Below are positions 1 through 8,923 of a stretch of DNA of 32,000 nt, one piece after another. The notes beneath the pieces were generated by a model, which saw nothing but the letters and a program-made list of their open reading frames with translations, was not told where the DNA came from and ran no database searches. Within the stretch, counting starts at the first letter, position 1, and each line of letters begins with the position of its first letter. Both the position numbers and the translations under genes were made by a program. Source of the stretch: Caldivirga maquilingensis IC-167 (lineage in GTDB: Archaea > Thermoproteota > Thermoprotei > Thermoproteales > Thermocladiaceae); contig NC_009954.1 in NCBI RefSeq assembly GCF_000018305.1, forward strand, positions 1,200,001-1,232,000. The letters run 5' to 3'.

Positions 1-82
1 CATAGGTAGGTGAACCCTGCATGATTTAAGGTTGAGGAATCTTAAGGCTTAAATTAATACAGCCTATTCAGAGTATTCCAAC

Positions 83-1249
83 ATGGGTGTTTTGGATAAG
101 TTAGGTGTACGTAAGGTTATTAATGCCTGTGGTACACTCACAGTACTTGGTAGTAATAGGGTTAGTTCAAGGGTTTTAGAGGCAATGAGGGAGGTTGCGG
201 ATTCCTTCATTGATATGAATGAACTCCTAGTTAAGTCAGGGGAATACATTGCCAAGTTACTAAATGTACCCGGTGCATTAGTAACAAGCGGTGCCGGAGC
301 CGGCTTAGTACTGGCTGTTGCAGCAGCTATTACTGAGGGTGATGTGGATAAGATGAGTAGGTTACCCTTCACTGATGGGTTAAGGAATGAGATTATTATC
401 CAATATCCACACACAGTGGGTAATCCATACGTTTACCTCATTAATATTCCAGGGGGTAGAGTAAGGATTGTGGGTTCACCAAGTGGTGTTAATGAAAACG
501 ATATTAAGAATGCCTTAAATAAAAACACAGCCGCAGTACTTCACTTCCAGTATGAGCCACAGGAGGGTGAGGTGCCTTTAAGTAAGGTTATTGATATTGC
601 CCATGAATTTAACACGCCAGTTATAGTTGATGCCGCTGCCGAACTGCCACCATTACTTAACTTAACAAGGTTCATTAAAATGGGGGCTGACTTAGTAGTG
701 TTCAGTGGCGGTAAGGATATTGGTGCACCCGGTGATACAGGCTTGATTCTGGCTAATAATTTAAGGCTCCTTGAGGCGTGTAGGTTAATGAGCCCATTCA
801 GTTACATTAATGTTAATGGGCAATCCAGGGTATTCATAGGTAGGGTAATGAAGATTAGTAAGGAGGATATTGTAGCCCTAGTCGCGGCACTGGAGGAGTA
901 CGTTAAGGTTAATCATGAGGAGAGGTTAAGTGTAATGAATAAGATGGCTGATGAAGTAATAAGTGAATTAACCGCAGTATTACCGGGTATTAGGATTGAG
1001 AAAAGGCTGAATCATCCTGGGGAGAGGATAAGGCCGGTAACAGTACCTAAGGTTGAGATTAAGTTACCGAGAAGGTACACGGAATTATACATTAAGTTAC
1101 TAAGGGAGGGGGATCCACCAATATACGCATGTGAATGTGAAGGTAATTTATGCATTAACATGCATACGTTAAGCCAGGATGAGGTTCCCATTGTTATTAA
1201 CAGGTTAAAGGAGGTGATTAGTAGGTATCCGCCAGTAACTAATCAATGA
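83..1249 (+). CDS. SelA-family (L-seryl-tRNA selenium transferase-like / DgaE-like) PLP-dependent enzyme, specificity unknown
   Basis: 388-aa ORF. The N-terminus GVRKVINACGTLTVLG and the segment VVFSGGKDIGAPGDTG resemble the SelA PLP-lysine region (FSGDK in E. coli SelA). An AT-rich TATA-like element (49-60) lies about 30 nt before the ATG. Confidence 0.7.
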   Translation: MGVLDKLGVRKVINACGTLTVLGSNRVSSRVLEAMREVADSFIDMNELLVKSGEYIAKLLNVPGALVTSGAGAGLVLAVAAAITEGDVDKMSRLPFTDGLRNEIIIQYPHTVGNPYVYLINIPGGRVRIVGSPSGVNENDIKNALNKNTAAVLHFQYEPQEGEVPLSKVIDIAHEFNTPVIVDAAAELPPLLNLTRFIKMGADLVVFSGGKDIGAPGDTGLILANNLRLLEACRLMSPFSYINVNGQSRVFIGRVMKISKEDIVALVAALEEYVKVNHEERLSVMNKMADEVISELTAVLPGIRIEKRLNHPGERIRPVTVPKVEIKLPRRYTELYIKLLREGDPPIYACECEGNLCINMHTLSQDEVPIVINRLKEVISRYPPVTNQ

Positions 1250-1297
1250 TCCCAATAATGAGTCTTGTCACTGCTGGTGCGAAATTAGAGGAAGCTT

Positions 1298-1305
1298 TAT
1301 TTATA
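1298..1305 (+). promoter_or_regulatory. TATA-like box (tatttata) for the IPP isomerase gene
   Basis: It starts 30 nt upstream of ATG 1328. The same spacing recurs at most genes in the window. Confidence 0.5.
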
Positions 1306-1327
1306 TGCGTCACTGAGCCTATTTTGG

Positions 1328-2452
1328 ATGATTGGGGGTCGTAAGGATGAGCATATTAGGATTGCTTCAAGTAGTGATGTTGAGGTTGGTGATTCATTGT
1401 TTGATGGTGTTCAATTAATTCACAATGCTTTACCGGAGATGGATTTTAATGATGTTGACTCAACCATTGAATTGTTTAATAAGAGGCTTAGCTTCCCATT
1501 CATAATAGGTGCCTTAACCGGTGGCACTGAGACTGCTGGTAGGGTTAATGCTGTTTTAGCCAAGGCCGCTGAGGAGTTTGGGATAGGCATGTATGTTGGT
1601 TCACAGAGGATAGCATTAATGAAGCCTGAGACCGCTTGGAGCTTCAGGGTTGTTAAGGATAATGCACCAAGCGCCCTAAAAATAGCCAACCTAGGTGCAC
1701 CCCAGGTTTCTAGGCTTAGTGATAGGGATTTGGTGGATTGGGTTAATGAGGCAGTGGATATGATTAACGCTGATGCAGTGGCAATACACCTTAATCCAGC
1801 ACAGGAATTATTCCAACCTGAGGGTGAGCCATGGTTCAGTGGTGTTTTAAGTAAGTTGAAGCTCATTAGGAGGGTTGTTAATAGGCCTTTAATAATTAAG
1901 GAGGTTGGTAATGGTGTATCCATGGAGGTTGCAAGAATGCTTAACAGTATTCCACCCGATGCAATTGATGTCGCCGGCCACGGCGGCACATCATTCATTA
2001 GGATTGAGGCAATTAGGGGTGGTGATGTTAATGAGGCTGACGTGTTTAGGGATTGGGGTATACCAACTGTATTATCCATTTGCGAAGTGAGCAGCGTCTA
2101 CGATGGCGTAATAATAGCCTCTGGTGGTGTTAGGAATGGTTTAGATGGTGCTAAGGCAATAGCCCTAGGTGCAGATGCATTCACAATGTCAAGACCAATG
2201 CTGGTATCGGCATTAAAGGGTTATGAGGCAGTGAGGGAGTTGATTAATAAGTTAATGTGGGAGTTCAAGGCAACAATGTTCCTAACAGGATCAAGGAGAG
2301 TGGAGGACTTAAAGAAAACACCAGTAGTAGCAAACCTACCAATACTACTATGGCTAATACAAAGGGGAGTAAAATGCAAACTAACAACAAACATATACAA
2401 CCAAATAAAACCAATAGCCAGCGTTCTAATGAGTAATCTGTTTGGTGAGTAA
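1328..2452 (+). CDS. fni: Isopentenyl-diphosphate delta-isomerase, type 2 (FMN-dependent)
   Basis: 374 aa. It has the N-terminal RKDEHI signature, a glycine-rich FMN-binding TIM-barrel region (ASGGVRNGLDGAKAIALGA) and the typical IDI-2 length. Confidence 0.9.
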   Translation: MIGGRKDEHIRIASSSDVEVGDSLFDGVQLIHNALPEMDFNDVDSTIELFNKRLSFPFIIGALTGGTETAGRVNAVLAKAAEEFGIGMYVGSQRIALMKPETAWSFRVVKDNAPSALKIANLGAPQVSRLSDRDLVDWVNEAVDMINADAVAIHLNPAQELFQPEGEPWFSGVLSKLKLIRRVVNRPLIIKEVGNGVSMEVARMLNSIPPDAIDVAGHGGTSFIRIEAIRGGDVNEADVFRDWGIPTVLSICEVSSVYDGVIIASGGVRNGLDGAKAIALGADAFTMSRPMLVSALKGYEAVRELINKLMWEFKATMFLTGSRRVEDLKKTPVVANLPILLWLIQRGVKCKLTTNIYNQIKPIASVLMSNLFGE

Positions 2453-2511
2453 ATACGGGTAAACTAATTACTCCTACTTCCCTGTAAAATAAACCAAGTA
2501 ATGCCGTTAAG

Positions 2512-3408
2512 TTAAAGCCTTACTGATTCCCTTAAGCTGCTTATAGCCCTTCTAAGTAATTCATCAAGGCTGCATGAGTATAATTCAATCATGTCAAGCC
2601 CTATCTTAAGTTCACTTAACTTATCCAGCATAATGTTTGTTATTTCATATAGATTACCACCCTTTATCTGATTCCCGGTTAACACGGTCTCGCCGTTAAC
2701 ATTAACCCTTACCCTTTGCCCCTCATTCTCCAGTTCAATGATGTAGCCGGTCATTGTTAACTCATAAATGTAGTAATCAGTGGTGTAGAGTTTAAGGAAA
2801 TTCCTGTACTTACCTATATTATTAATGAGCGCGTTAACGACATCAATGGGTTCAGGTAGCTTAAACTTATATTCACTGAAGTATTCAACGTAAACACTGG
2901 AGTATACGTCAATAATGAAGTCAACAGGTACGTCGCAGCCAAGTATGTAGGCAACCTTTAATTTAGCATTATGGGAGGGTTTAGTATTACTCTTCACCTT
3001 TATGTTTAATTCACCACCCTCGAGTGATATGTTTAGGATAAAGTATTTCATTAACGCTCTCTTATTCATGTGGTATACTATCCACTCCTCATTCCTCTTA
3101 CACACTGTGATTAACTCATAGTCACTACTGGTTAATTGCATGCACTCGTTGAATTGCTCCGTGGAAACCTTATTGATATTTACCCCTGGTTCCAGGTTAT
3201 TCATTAATTCCTCCATGTTTGCCACAACGTACTCTATTATGCCTGAATCAAGCCTGTAATCATATTCATTTAATGGATAATACTTAAACACCTCCTGGGG
3301 AAGTAATGGTTCAACATAACCTAGTGTAATGATCTTACCTATAAAAGCCTCTTTAACAACATCCTCATTAATAACCTTAGCCAGCGCCTTTAATTTAATT
3401 ACATTCAC
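2512..3408 (-). CDS. Hypothetical protein (298 aa), no recognisable motif
   Basis: A long uninterrupted ORF. A TATA-like tttataag (3434-3441) lies about 26-33 nt upstream of the ATG on its strand. The protein is rich in N/K/Y/I/E and the DNA is visibly AT-rich compared with neighbouring genes. Confidence 0.6.
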   Translation of the reverse strand: MNVIKLKALAKVINEDVVKEAFIGKIITLGYVEPLLPQEVFKYYPLNEYDYRLDSGIIEYVVANMEELMNNLEPGVNINKVSTEQFNECMQLTSSDYELITVCKRNEEWIVYHMNKRALMKYFILNISLEGGELNIKVKSNTKPSHNAKLKVAYILGCDVPVDFIIDVYSSVYVEYFSEYKFKLPEPIDVVNALINNIGKYRNFLKLYTTDYYIYELTMTGYIIELENEGQRVRVNVNGETVLTGNQIKGGNLYEITNIMLDKLSELKIGLDMIELYSCSLDELLRRAISSLRESVRL

Positions 3409-3544
3409 TGCACATGTGTCTCAGTGAATGTATTTATAAGCATTTAAGCTGAGGCGGTGGTTTATTGACTTAAGGCTATTTCTCAAATTTACCTTAATGG
3501 TGATAAGTAAACAGGTATTTTGGGCGGGTTTCGGTAGCGTAATG

Positions 3545-3552
3545 TTTTAAAA
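3545..3552 (+). promoter_or_regulatory. TATA-like box (ttttaaaa) for rpl40e
   Basis: It starts 30 nt upstream of ATG 3575. Confidence 0.5.
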
Positions 3553-3574
3553 TGGCGGGTATAAGTGATGCTCT

Positions 3575-3730
3575 ATGCCTATAAGTGACCCCGAGAAGCT
3601 TAGGATAGCTGTTGAGCATAGGTTCGGTTACTGGATATGTAGGAGATGTGGTGCAAGGAACCCCATTGGGGCTGAGAAGTGTAGAAGATGCGGTAGTAAG
3701 GATTTAAGGCCGAAGAGGTTTAAGCACTAA
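3575..3730 (+). CDS. rpl40e: 50S ribosomal protein L40e
   Basis: Hand translation gives [51 protein letters not shown]. It has a CxxC...CxxC zinc ribbon and the basic tail typical of archaeal L40e. At 51 aa it falls below the ORF-track length cutoff. Confidence 0.85.
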   Translation: MPISDPEKLRIAVEHRFGYWICRRCGARNPIGAEKCRRCGSKDLRPKRFKH

Positions 3731-4523
3731 CCCTACCCTGCTCCTCATTCATTAATTCCCCTAGGCTAATGGGTATGCTTAATCCCCATTTCTCAAAGGC
3801 CTGCCTAATACTAATAATCCTGCAGTCACTGGTTCCGTAATACTCGCTAAGCTTCTCAACACCCCTGCAGTAGTCTGGGTGGAGTTTAGTGAGGTTTATC
3901 CAAATCCACCTTGCTGTTATTGGGAATTTATCAATGACTGTGGTGAACATTAACCATGCTACTAGCCTAATCTCATGAAATGCCCCTAGGCCTGTTCTAA
4001 GTGGTATGAAGTTTAGGAAGAATTCCCTAGCATTCATTTGAACCCAAATCCTACTAGCCATGGCATTGGGTAGAATGTACCTTGCATCCTCAGGTACTTG
4101 ACTACTCCTTAGGTTAACATACTCCTTAGCCGTGAACTCAATTAACCTACTTACTGCGCTTAATTCACCTGGTGGTGTAATGAATCTTAACTGACCCTTA
4201 GCGTAATCAACATACCTCTGACTCTCCTGCCAGTATGAGGCTAACCTATGTCTAATAAGCTCATGGGTTAAGGCCCTACTACCCTCAATAAGCCATTGAG
4301 CACCCATGAACTCGAAGACGCTTGAATGCCCATCCCTAAGGAAGCTCAGGATCCTCCTCTTAACAATACCTTGATCACCCTTAACCCTTTCAAGAGCCTT
4401 ATCAATGGAGTAACCCCTATATATTACATCAGCCATAGCCGCCGTAACATCCTCACTACCCCAGGTGGATAATAAGGTCACTGTTGGTTTAATTAAGGAG
4501 TACTCCACGTTGATTAGTTTCAC
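3720..4523 (-). CDS. thyX: Flavin-dependent thymidylate synthase ThyX
   Basis: 267 aa containing the ThyX signature [14 protein letters not shown] (RHRxxSxxxxSxR). The start codon is GTG (plus-strand cac at 4521-4523). Confidence 0.9.
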   Translation of the reverse strand: MKLINVEYSLIKPTVTLLSTWGSEDVTAAMADVIYRGYSIDKALERVKGDQGIVKRRILSFLRDGHSSVFEFMGAQWLIEGSRALTHELIRHRLASYWQESQRYVDYAKGQLRFITPPGELSAVSRLIEFTAKEYVNLRSSQVPEDARYILPNAMASRIWVQMNAREFFLNFIPLRTGLGAFHEIRLVAWLMFTTVIDKFPITARWIWINLTKLHPDYCRGVEKLSEYYGTSDCRIISIRQAFEKWGLSIPISLGELMNEEQGRVSA

Positions 4524-4590
4524 TGTGATTTAAAACCCCCTAAGTTATTTCGAATTAATAATCCACTAGTAGGTATCTCAATGTAGCGGG

Positions 4591-5322
4591 TTAACCAAGT
4601 GATCTAAGTACCCTAACCATTTCATCAACATCCATGTTACTCATGGCTAAAGGTATCTTCTCCCTCCTAGCCACTTCAATACCTAGGTAATCCGGTTTAT
4701 CTAAGCCATGTAGAACAACTATTGATGGTTTAAAGTCGACGAACGCCATCATCGCCTTTATGGCTACTAAAGGTGACCTACCGTACCTAGTGTTAATGAA
4801 TATGGCAGCCCTCTGGGTTGTTGAACCATATAGCTTAAGGTACTCGTATGATGGGACATCAAGCAGTAGCTTAATGCTATCAACCATGGTGTATCCGTGA
4901 ATATCCATTCTCGTGGCTGGGGGCACTACTAGGGATGCGTTTATCGCCTTTAGGAATGTTTCGAGGCTTATTGGGTTAACGTAATCCTTCATATCAACCA
5001 CAGCTAAGGTATACTTATCACCAATTGATAATTGCTTAATGAGTAGTTGAAGCCTTGAACCACCCTTCTCCAGTTCAATATCTATTAAGGCTTTAACAAA
5101 CTTCTTAATGAAGTATGATCCAGGGGACTTCCTCCTACCTGACTCATAGTCACTGATCACACTTGGTGTCGTTGATAACTTTATGGCCAACTCAGTTTGA
5201 GGTATGTTGAAGTACTCCCTCCAGCGTTTAAGCTCCTTACCCGGTGAATCAGCCATAACTATTGACCCGGCTATTAAGGTGGCAACCTTATCCACCATGG
5301 TATTCTCAATGGTTTCCTCCAC
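4591..5322 (-). CDS. XRE-type helix-turn-helix transcriptional regulator with a conserved archaeal C-terminal domain
   Basis: 243 aa. The HTH_3-like segment is LKRWREYFNIPQTELAIKLSTTPSVISDYESGRR. The start is GTG at 5322, with a TATA-like attaaata (plus strand 5343-5350) 28 nt upstream. Confidence 0.7.
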   Translation of the reverse strand: MEETIENTMVDKVATLIAGSIVMADSPGKELKRWREYFNIPQTELAIKLSTTPSVISDYESGRRKSPGSYFIKKFVKALIDIELEKGGSRLQLLIKQLSIGDKYTLAVVDMKDYVNPISLETFLKAINASLVVPPATRMDIHGYTMVDSIKLLLDVPSYEYLKLYGSTTQRAAIFINTRYGRSPLVAIKAMMAFVDFKPSIVVLHGLDKPDYLGIEVARREKIPLAMSNMDVDEMVRVLRSLG

Positions 5323-5437
5323 GGTTTAAATGAAGCAAGTACTATTTAATACTTTTTCGCCTAATTCCGTTAAGTAAGTTAAGCCTTGAATACTCTCCCT
5401 AAGATGCATTACTGGAATCAAAGCATCAATGAGGGGA

Positions 5438-6217
5438 TTAACTAACCCTCAACTTCTCCCTCAGCCAGTTTACTATTGCCTCAATTACCTTACTCTTAAT
5501 CTCGTAATCAGAGAATACGTGTCCCCCCTTATCCAGTAGCACTAGTGTCTTGTCATTGTACTTAACCCTGTTGTGGAATTCCACGGATTGTTGATACGGT
5601 ACCGCCTCATCATCCTTAGCATGTATGATCATTACTGGTACGTTAATTAAATCCGCAACACTCATTGCATCGGAATTAGCCATCTTAGTCACATTACTAA
5701 CCCTAAGCCTAAATGCCCCAAAATACACGTAATCACCCCTAGCCTGCTCCAGTAATTTACCTATTCCACGGAAGGATATTCCCGGTGAGAGTAGGATTAC
5801 TGCCTTAACAATATTAGGCATCCTTGAGTAAATCCTTAAGGCAATATGACCACCCATGCTTAAACCAATTAAGGCGAGTCTACTTGAGTCAACGTAACCA
5901 AGCTTAAGAGTGTAATTAACCATGTACTCAGCGTCGTTTACGGCGTTTTCAATATCGAAATCCTCAAATAGCCCTGAGGAGTCTCCATGATTCCTGTAAT
6001 CAAACCTAACAACCACAAAACCTGCCCCACACAATGCCCTAGCAATATCAACGTAAAGCCTATTAGCCTCAATATGATTACCGGTGAAGCCGTGAAGCAT
6101 CACAACTGCAGGAAACCTACCTGAGGCATTAGGCCTATCCACAATACTAAACAACCAACCATCATTAACAGGCAGTATTGAGGGGGATTCAGTGCACTGC
6201 ATAATACGTGGATGCAC
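5438..6217 (-). CDS. Alpha/beta-fold hydrolase (serine esterase/peptidase type)
   Basis: 259 aa with HGFTGN, the nucleophile elbow GLSMGG, and distal D (HAKDDEAV) and H (GGHVFSD) consistent with a Ser-Asp-His triad. The track start at 6217 is GTG. ATG 6203 sits 26 nt from a TATA-like element (6222-6229) and may be the real start. Confidence 0.8.
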   Translation of the reverse strand: MHPRIMQCTESPSILPVNDGWLFSIVDRPNASGRFPAVVMLHGFTGNHIEANRLYVDIARALCGAGFVVVRFDYRNHGDSSGLFEDFDIENAVNDAEYMVNYTLKLGYVDSSRLALIGLSMGGHIALRIYSRMPNIVKAVILLSPGISFRGIGKLLEQARGDYVYFGAFRLRVSNVTKMANSDAMSVADLINVPVMIIHAKDDEAVPYQQSVEFHNRVKYNDKTLVLLDKGGHVFSDYEIKSKVIEAIVNWLREKLRVS

Positions 6218-6432
6218 GGTTAGTTTTAAGCATTAGTGCCCAGGGTATTAAACCCCTCACCCTACTAGGTTCCTTCCCCCGCAGAGCCTCAGGGAAGTGG
6301 TTGGGAGTTACATTACATGAAACCCTAGCCCTCTGGGGCTGGGGAAGACCAGAGTATATTGGTTACTTAAACCATAATACTGTGTTAACGCCTTAGCTTC
6401 CTCAACAGCCCTTATAAGCTTCCCACTAGCCC

Positions 6433-6565
6433 TATGAATCTAATTAATACTCATTTCTTAAGGCATCTTTCAATTAATTCAACTCTAAATTTAGAGATAC
6501 TATACGTTAATTAATGGTGAATAACTTAATGGTTACGTGAGGCATCATTAATTATGAATCTAATT
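6433..6565. repeat. 13-nt direct repeat tatgaatctaatt (6433-6445 and 6553-6565)
   Basis: Exact copies read directly from the sequence, 120 bp apart, within the AT-rich region upstream of fbp. Confidence 0.7.
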
Positions 6566-6590
6566 CCACAATTATTACTATGTTAAATGT

Positions 6591-6604
6591 AAAAACATGT
6601 TTTT
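6591..6604. repeat. 14-bp perfect palindrome aaaaacatgttttt
   Basis: The sequence is self-complementary when read directly. A few such palindromes are expected by chance in AT-rich DNA. Confidence 0.6.
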
Positions 6605-6704
6605 GAAAATCACTATGATTAATATTGAAGTTAAGCGTAATGCTAATGCTGTTTAATAAATGTCAAATTTCTGACCGAGCCATTAGTTTATGTTCGGTGT
6701 CTTC

Positions 6705-6758
6705 TTTAATACATTTATCATGATGGATATTTAGGCAGTTAAATTATTTAATACATTT
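6705..6758. repeat. 12-nt direct repeat tttaatacattt (6705-6716 and 6747-6758)
   Basis: Exact copies 42 bp apart (about four helical turns), about 135 and 93 nt upstream of the fbp ATG. Confidence 0.7.
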
Positions 6759-6811
6759 TTACATGCATTAATTTATACAGCGAATTATATATTATATATT
6801 ATGGCATAAAG

Positions 6812-6818
6812 TTTATAA
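6812..6818 (+). promoter_or_regulatory. TATA box (tttataa) for fbp
   Basis: It starts 29 nt upstream of ATG 6841 and is preceded by a purine/A-rich BRE-like sequence, gcataaag. Confidence 0.6.
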
Positions 6819-6840
6819 GGATGTGTTATAATATATTATT

Positions 6841-8049
6841 ATGGCGCCTAAAACCACCGTATCAGTAATAAAGGCTGATATTGGGGGAATACCTGGTCAT
6901 GCTTGGGTTCACCCAAAGATACTTGAATACGCCAGTAGTAGGCTTAGGGAGGCTGTTAAGAGTGGATTACTAATTGATTACTACGTGTTTAATGTTGGCG
7001 ACGACATGAGCCTCCTAATGACTCACACTAAGGGTATTGATAACCCTGAGATACATGGATTAGCGTGGAGTGTATTCAAGGAGGCTACTGAGAATTACGC
7101 CAAGAAGTTTAAGCTATATGGTGCTGGGCAGGACTTACTTAAGGATAGCTTCAGCGGTAACGTGAGGGGGCTTGGACCCCAGGTTGCTGAAATGGAGTTT
7201 GAGGAGAGGCCCAGTGAACCATTAATAATCTTCGCAGCGGATAAGACTGAGCCGGGTGCATACAACTTACCCATGTATAAGATATTTGCAGACCCATTTA
7301 ACACCGCTGGCTTAGTTATTGATCCTCAGATGCATGGTGGATTTAGGTTCGAGATAATAGATGTTTACGAGGGTAAGGTTTACCTACTCGATGCCCCAGA
7401 GCACATATACACTATACTTGGCTTAATAGGCACACCTGGAAGATACATTATTAGGAGGGTTTACAGGAGGAGTGACTTAACCCAGGCAGCGGTTGTGAGC
7501 GTTGAGAGGCTTAACCTAATAGCCGGTAGGTACGTGGGTAAGGATGACCCAGTGGCCATAGTTAGGGCTCAACACGGCCTACCAGCCGTGGGTGAGGTCC
7601 TTGAAGCATTCGCCCTACCCCACCTGGTGGAGGGTTGGATGAGGGGTAGTCACACTGGCCCATTAATGCCAGGTAAGTTCGTAAGCATTGACCCAGCTAA
7701 TAAGATAGCCATGGGTCCTAAGATGACTAGGTTCGATGGACCACCCAAGGTCGGTGCCTTAGGCTTCCAACTACATGAAGGCTACCTAGAGGGACCCGTG
7801 GACATGTTCGATGACCCAGCCTTCGACTTTAGCAGACAAATAGCAGCCTTCATAACAGACTACATTAGGAGAATGGGGCCAATAATGCCGCACAGGCTAC
7901 CACCGGAGGAGATGGAGTACACGACCCTACCGCAAATACTATCAACGCTTAAACCAATCCCGGTTGAGGAGTATGAGAGGAATAGGTTAAAGTACATAAG
8001 CGAGAAAATTAGCCCAGTAGCCATAGCTGGAGGAAGTACCGGTGACTGA
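6841..8049 (+). CDS. fbp: Fructose-1,6-bisphosphate aldolase/phosphatase (archaeal class V FBPase)
   Basis: 402 aa. The N-terminus KTTVSVIKADIGGIPGH and overall similarity to the archaeal bifunctional FBP aldolase/phosphatase family support the call. Confidence 0.95.
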   Translation: MAPKTTVSVIKADIGGIPGHAWVHPKILEYASSRLREAVKSGLLIDYYVFNVGDDMSLLMTHTKGIDNPEIHGLAWSVFKEATENYAKKFKLYGAGQDLLKDSFSGNVRGLGPQVAEMEFEERPSEPLIIFAADKTEPGAYNLPMYKIFADPFNTAGLVIDPQMHGGFRFEIIDVYEGKVYLLDAPEHIYTILGLIGTPGRYIIRRVYRRSDLTQAAVVSVERLNLIAGRYVGKDDPVAIVRAQHGLPAVGEVLEAFALPHLVEGWMRGSHTGPLMPGKFVSIDPANKIAMGPKMTRFDGPPKVGALGFQLHEGYLEGPVDMFDDPAFDFSRQIAAFITDYIRRMGPIMPHRLPPEEMEYTTLPQILSTLKPIPVEEYERNRLKYISEKISPVAIAGGSTGD

Positions 8050-8369
8050 GCGGAATAAAGAAACCGGACTAGTTCTTAAACCCGGTTATCACACCTTATT
8101 AAGTTATGTTAAGTATCATTCCATAAAAATTATACCCCTCATAGTATCTTGGGCTTGCCTCCTTAATCTCAAGTCTCCTCTTAGGGGTTGATTTATTGAA
8201 ACTGAGTAGTGATTAATCCTCCTGATTCATATGGAGGTAAACCCTCCCTCAGTGCACCTGGATCCATTCCCCATATTCCACAACCTAAACACCCACATCA
8301 CACCATCCACCATATGGTTTATCCCAGCTTTGCAAAAGAGGCTTACTGGATAAAATAAACGATAGGTTC

Positions 8370-8377
8370 TTAAAATA
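8370..8377 (+). promoter_or_regulatory. TATA-like box (ttaaaata) for the split small-membrane-protein gene
   Basis: It starts 29 nt upstream of ATG 8399, the same spacing as for the intact paralogue. Confidence 0.45.
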
Positions 8378-8398
8378 CTCCTGAATGTTCACTATTTT

Positions 8399-8688
8399 AT
8401 GACTGGAACACAGGATTCATTAGCAGTATGGGCGGTATTAGCAGTTGCTGTATCTCTGCTACTAGTTGGCTACCTGCTATACTTAGCTGCTAATCCACTA
8501 ACCTGGTTTTTAATACCACTGGAATAAATATTCCCGCTAATGTAAATCTTCTGAATAATACTATACAAACGTTTAAGTTCAATGGAAATGTATTTACGTC
8601 AGCTGGAATAGCGTTACTATTAATAGTTATCATTATTATTATTTGGTCTTTAATCCAGTCTCAGAAAGGATACTTTTCACCATGGTAA
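8399..8688 (+). pseudogene. Small two-TM membrane protein, paralogue of 8924..9193, split by a 1-nt frame change in a T5 run
   Basis: Frame 0 runs 8399..8527 (MTGTQDSLAVWAVLAVAVSLLLVGYLLYLAANPLTWFLIPLE*). The -1 frame is open from 8494 to 8688 (..NTTGINIPANVNLLNNTIQTFKFNGNVFTSAGIALLLIVIIIIIWSLIQSQKGYFSPW*). The nucleotide core is about 49/57 identical to the paralogue by hand alignment. Confidence 0.5.
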
Positions 8689-8894
8689 GGCATTTATTGT
8701 AGGTTAATGATTTAGCATTGGTTTAAATCTAAGACGCGAATTCCTCATTGAGGTTATTATAGGATTCTGGTGAAACCTTCACCCCTTCATGATGAAAAAT
8801 AAGGCATATTTTTAAATCTAAAGTAAAGAGGAAGCAATGCTCCAAAATAGCGAATATAACCTATCCTAGAAAAACAGAGAAATATAGAGAAAGG

Positions 8895-8902
8895 TTTATA
8901 AA
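8895..8902 (+). promoter_or_regulatory. TATA box (tttataaa) for the intact small-membrane-protein gene
   Basis: It starts 29 nt upstream of ATG 8924. Confidence 0.5.
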
Positions 8903-8923
8903 GAATGCTTAAGCCCTTATACT

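Noticed and set aside
6208-6396. 62-aa plus-strand ORF starting inside the hydrolase gene's 5' end.
   Set aside because: It overlaps the hydrolase start in antisense. It has no promoter-like element at the usual spacing, and its product is Gly/Leu/Trp-rich without motifs. The region is treated separately above as a possible decayed minus-strand mini-gene or structured element.
6440-6442. In-frame TAG in the mini-ORF considered as a recoded codon (pyrrolysine or read-through).
   Set aside because: Pyrrolysine is confined to certain methanogens and bacteria. Nothing in the window suggests recoding machinery, so simple gene decay is far more likely.
6420-6840. Possible replication origin: a long AT-rich tract with repeats and a palindrome.
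   Set aside because: No Orc1/Cdc6 or WhiP gene is adjacent. I found no ORB or mini-ORB-like elements; ttccaca at 6564-6570 lacks the GGAAA half. The repeats are direct rather than inverted around an unwinding element. A regulatory region for fbp is the simpler reading.
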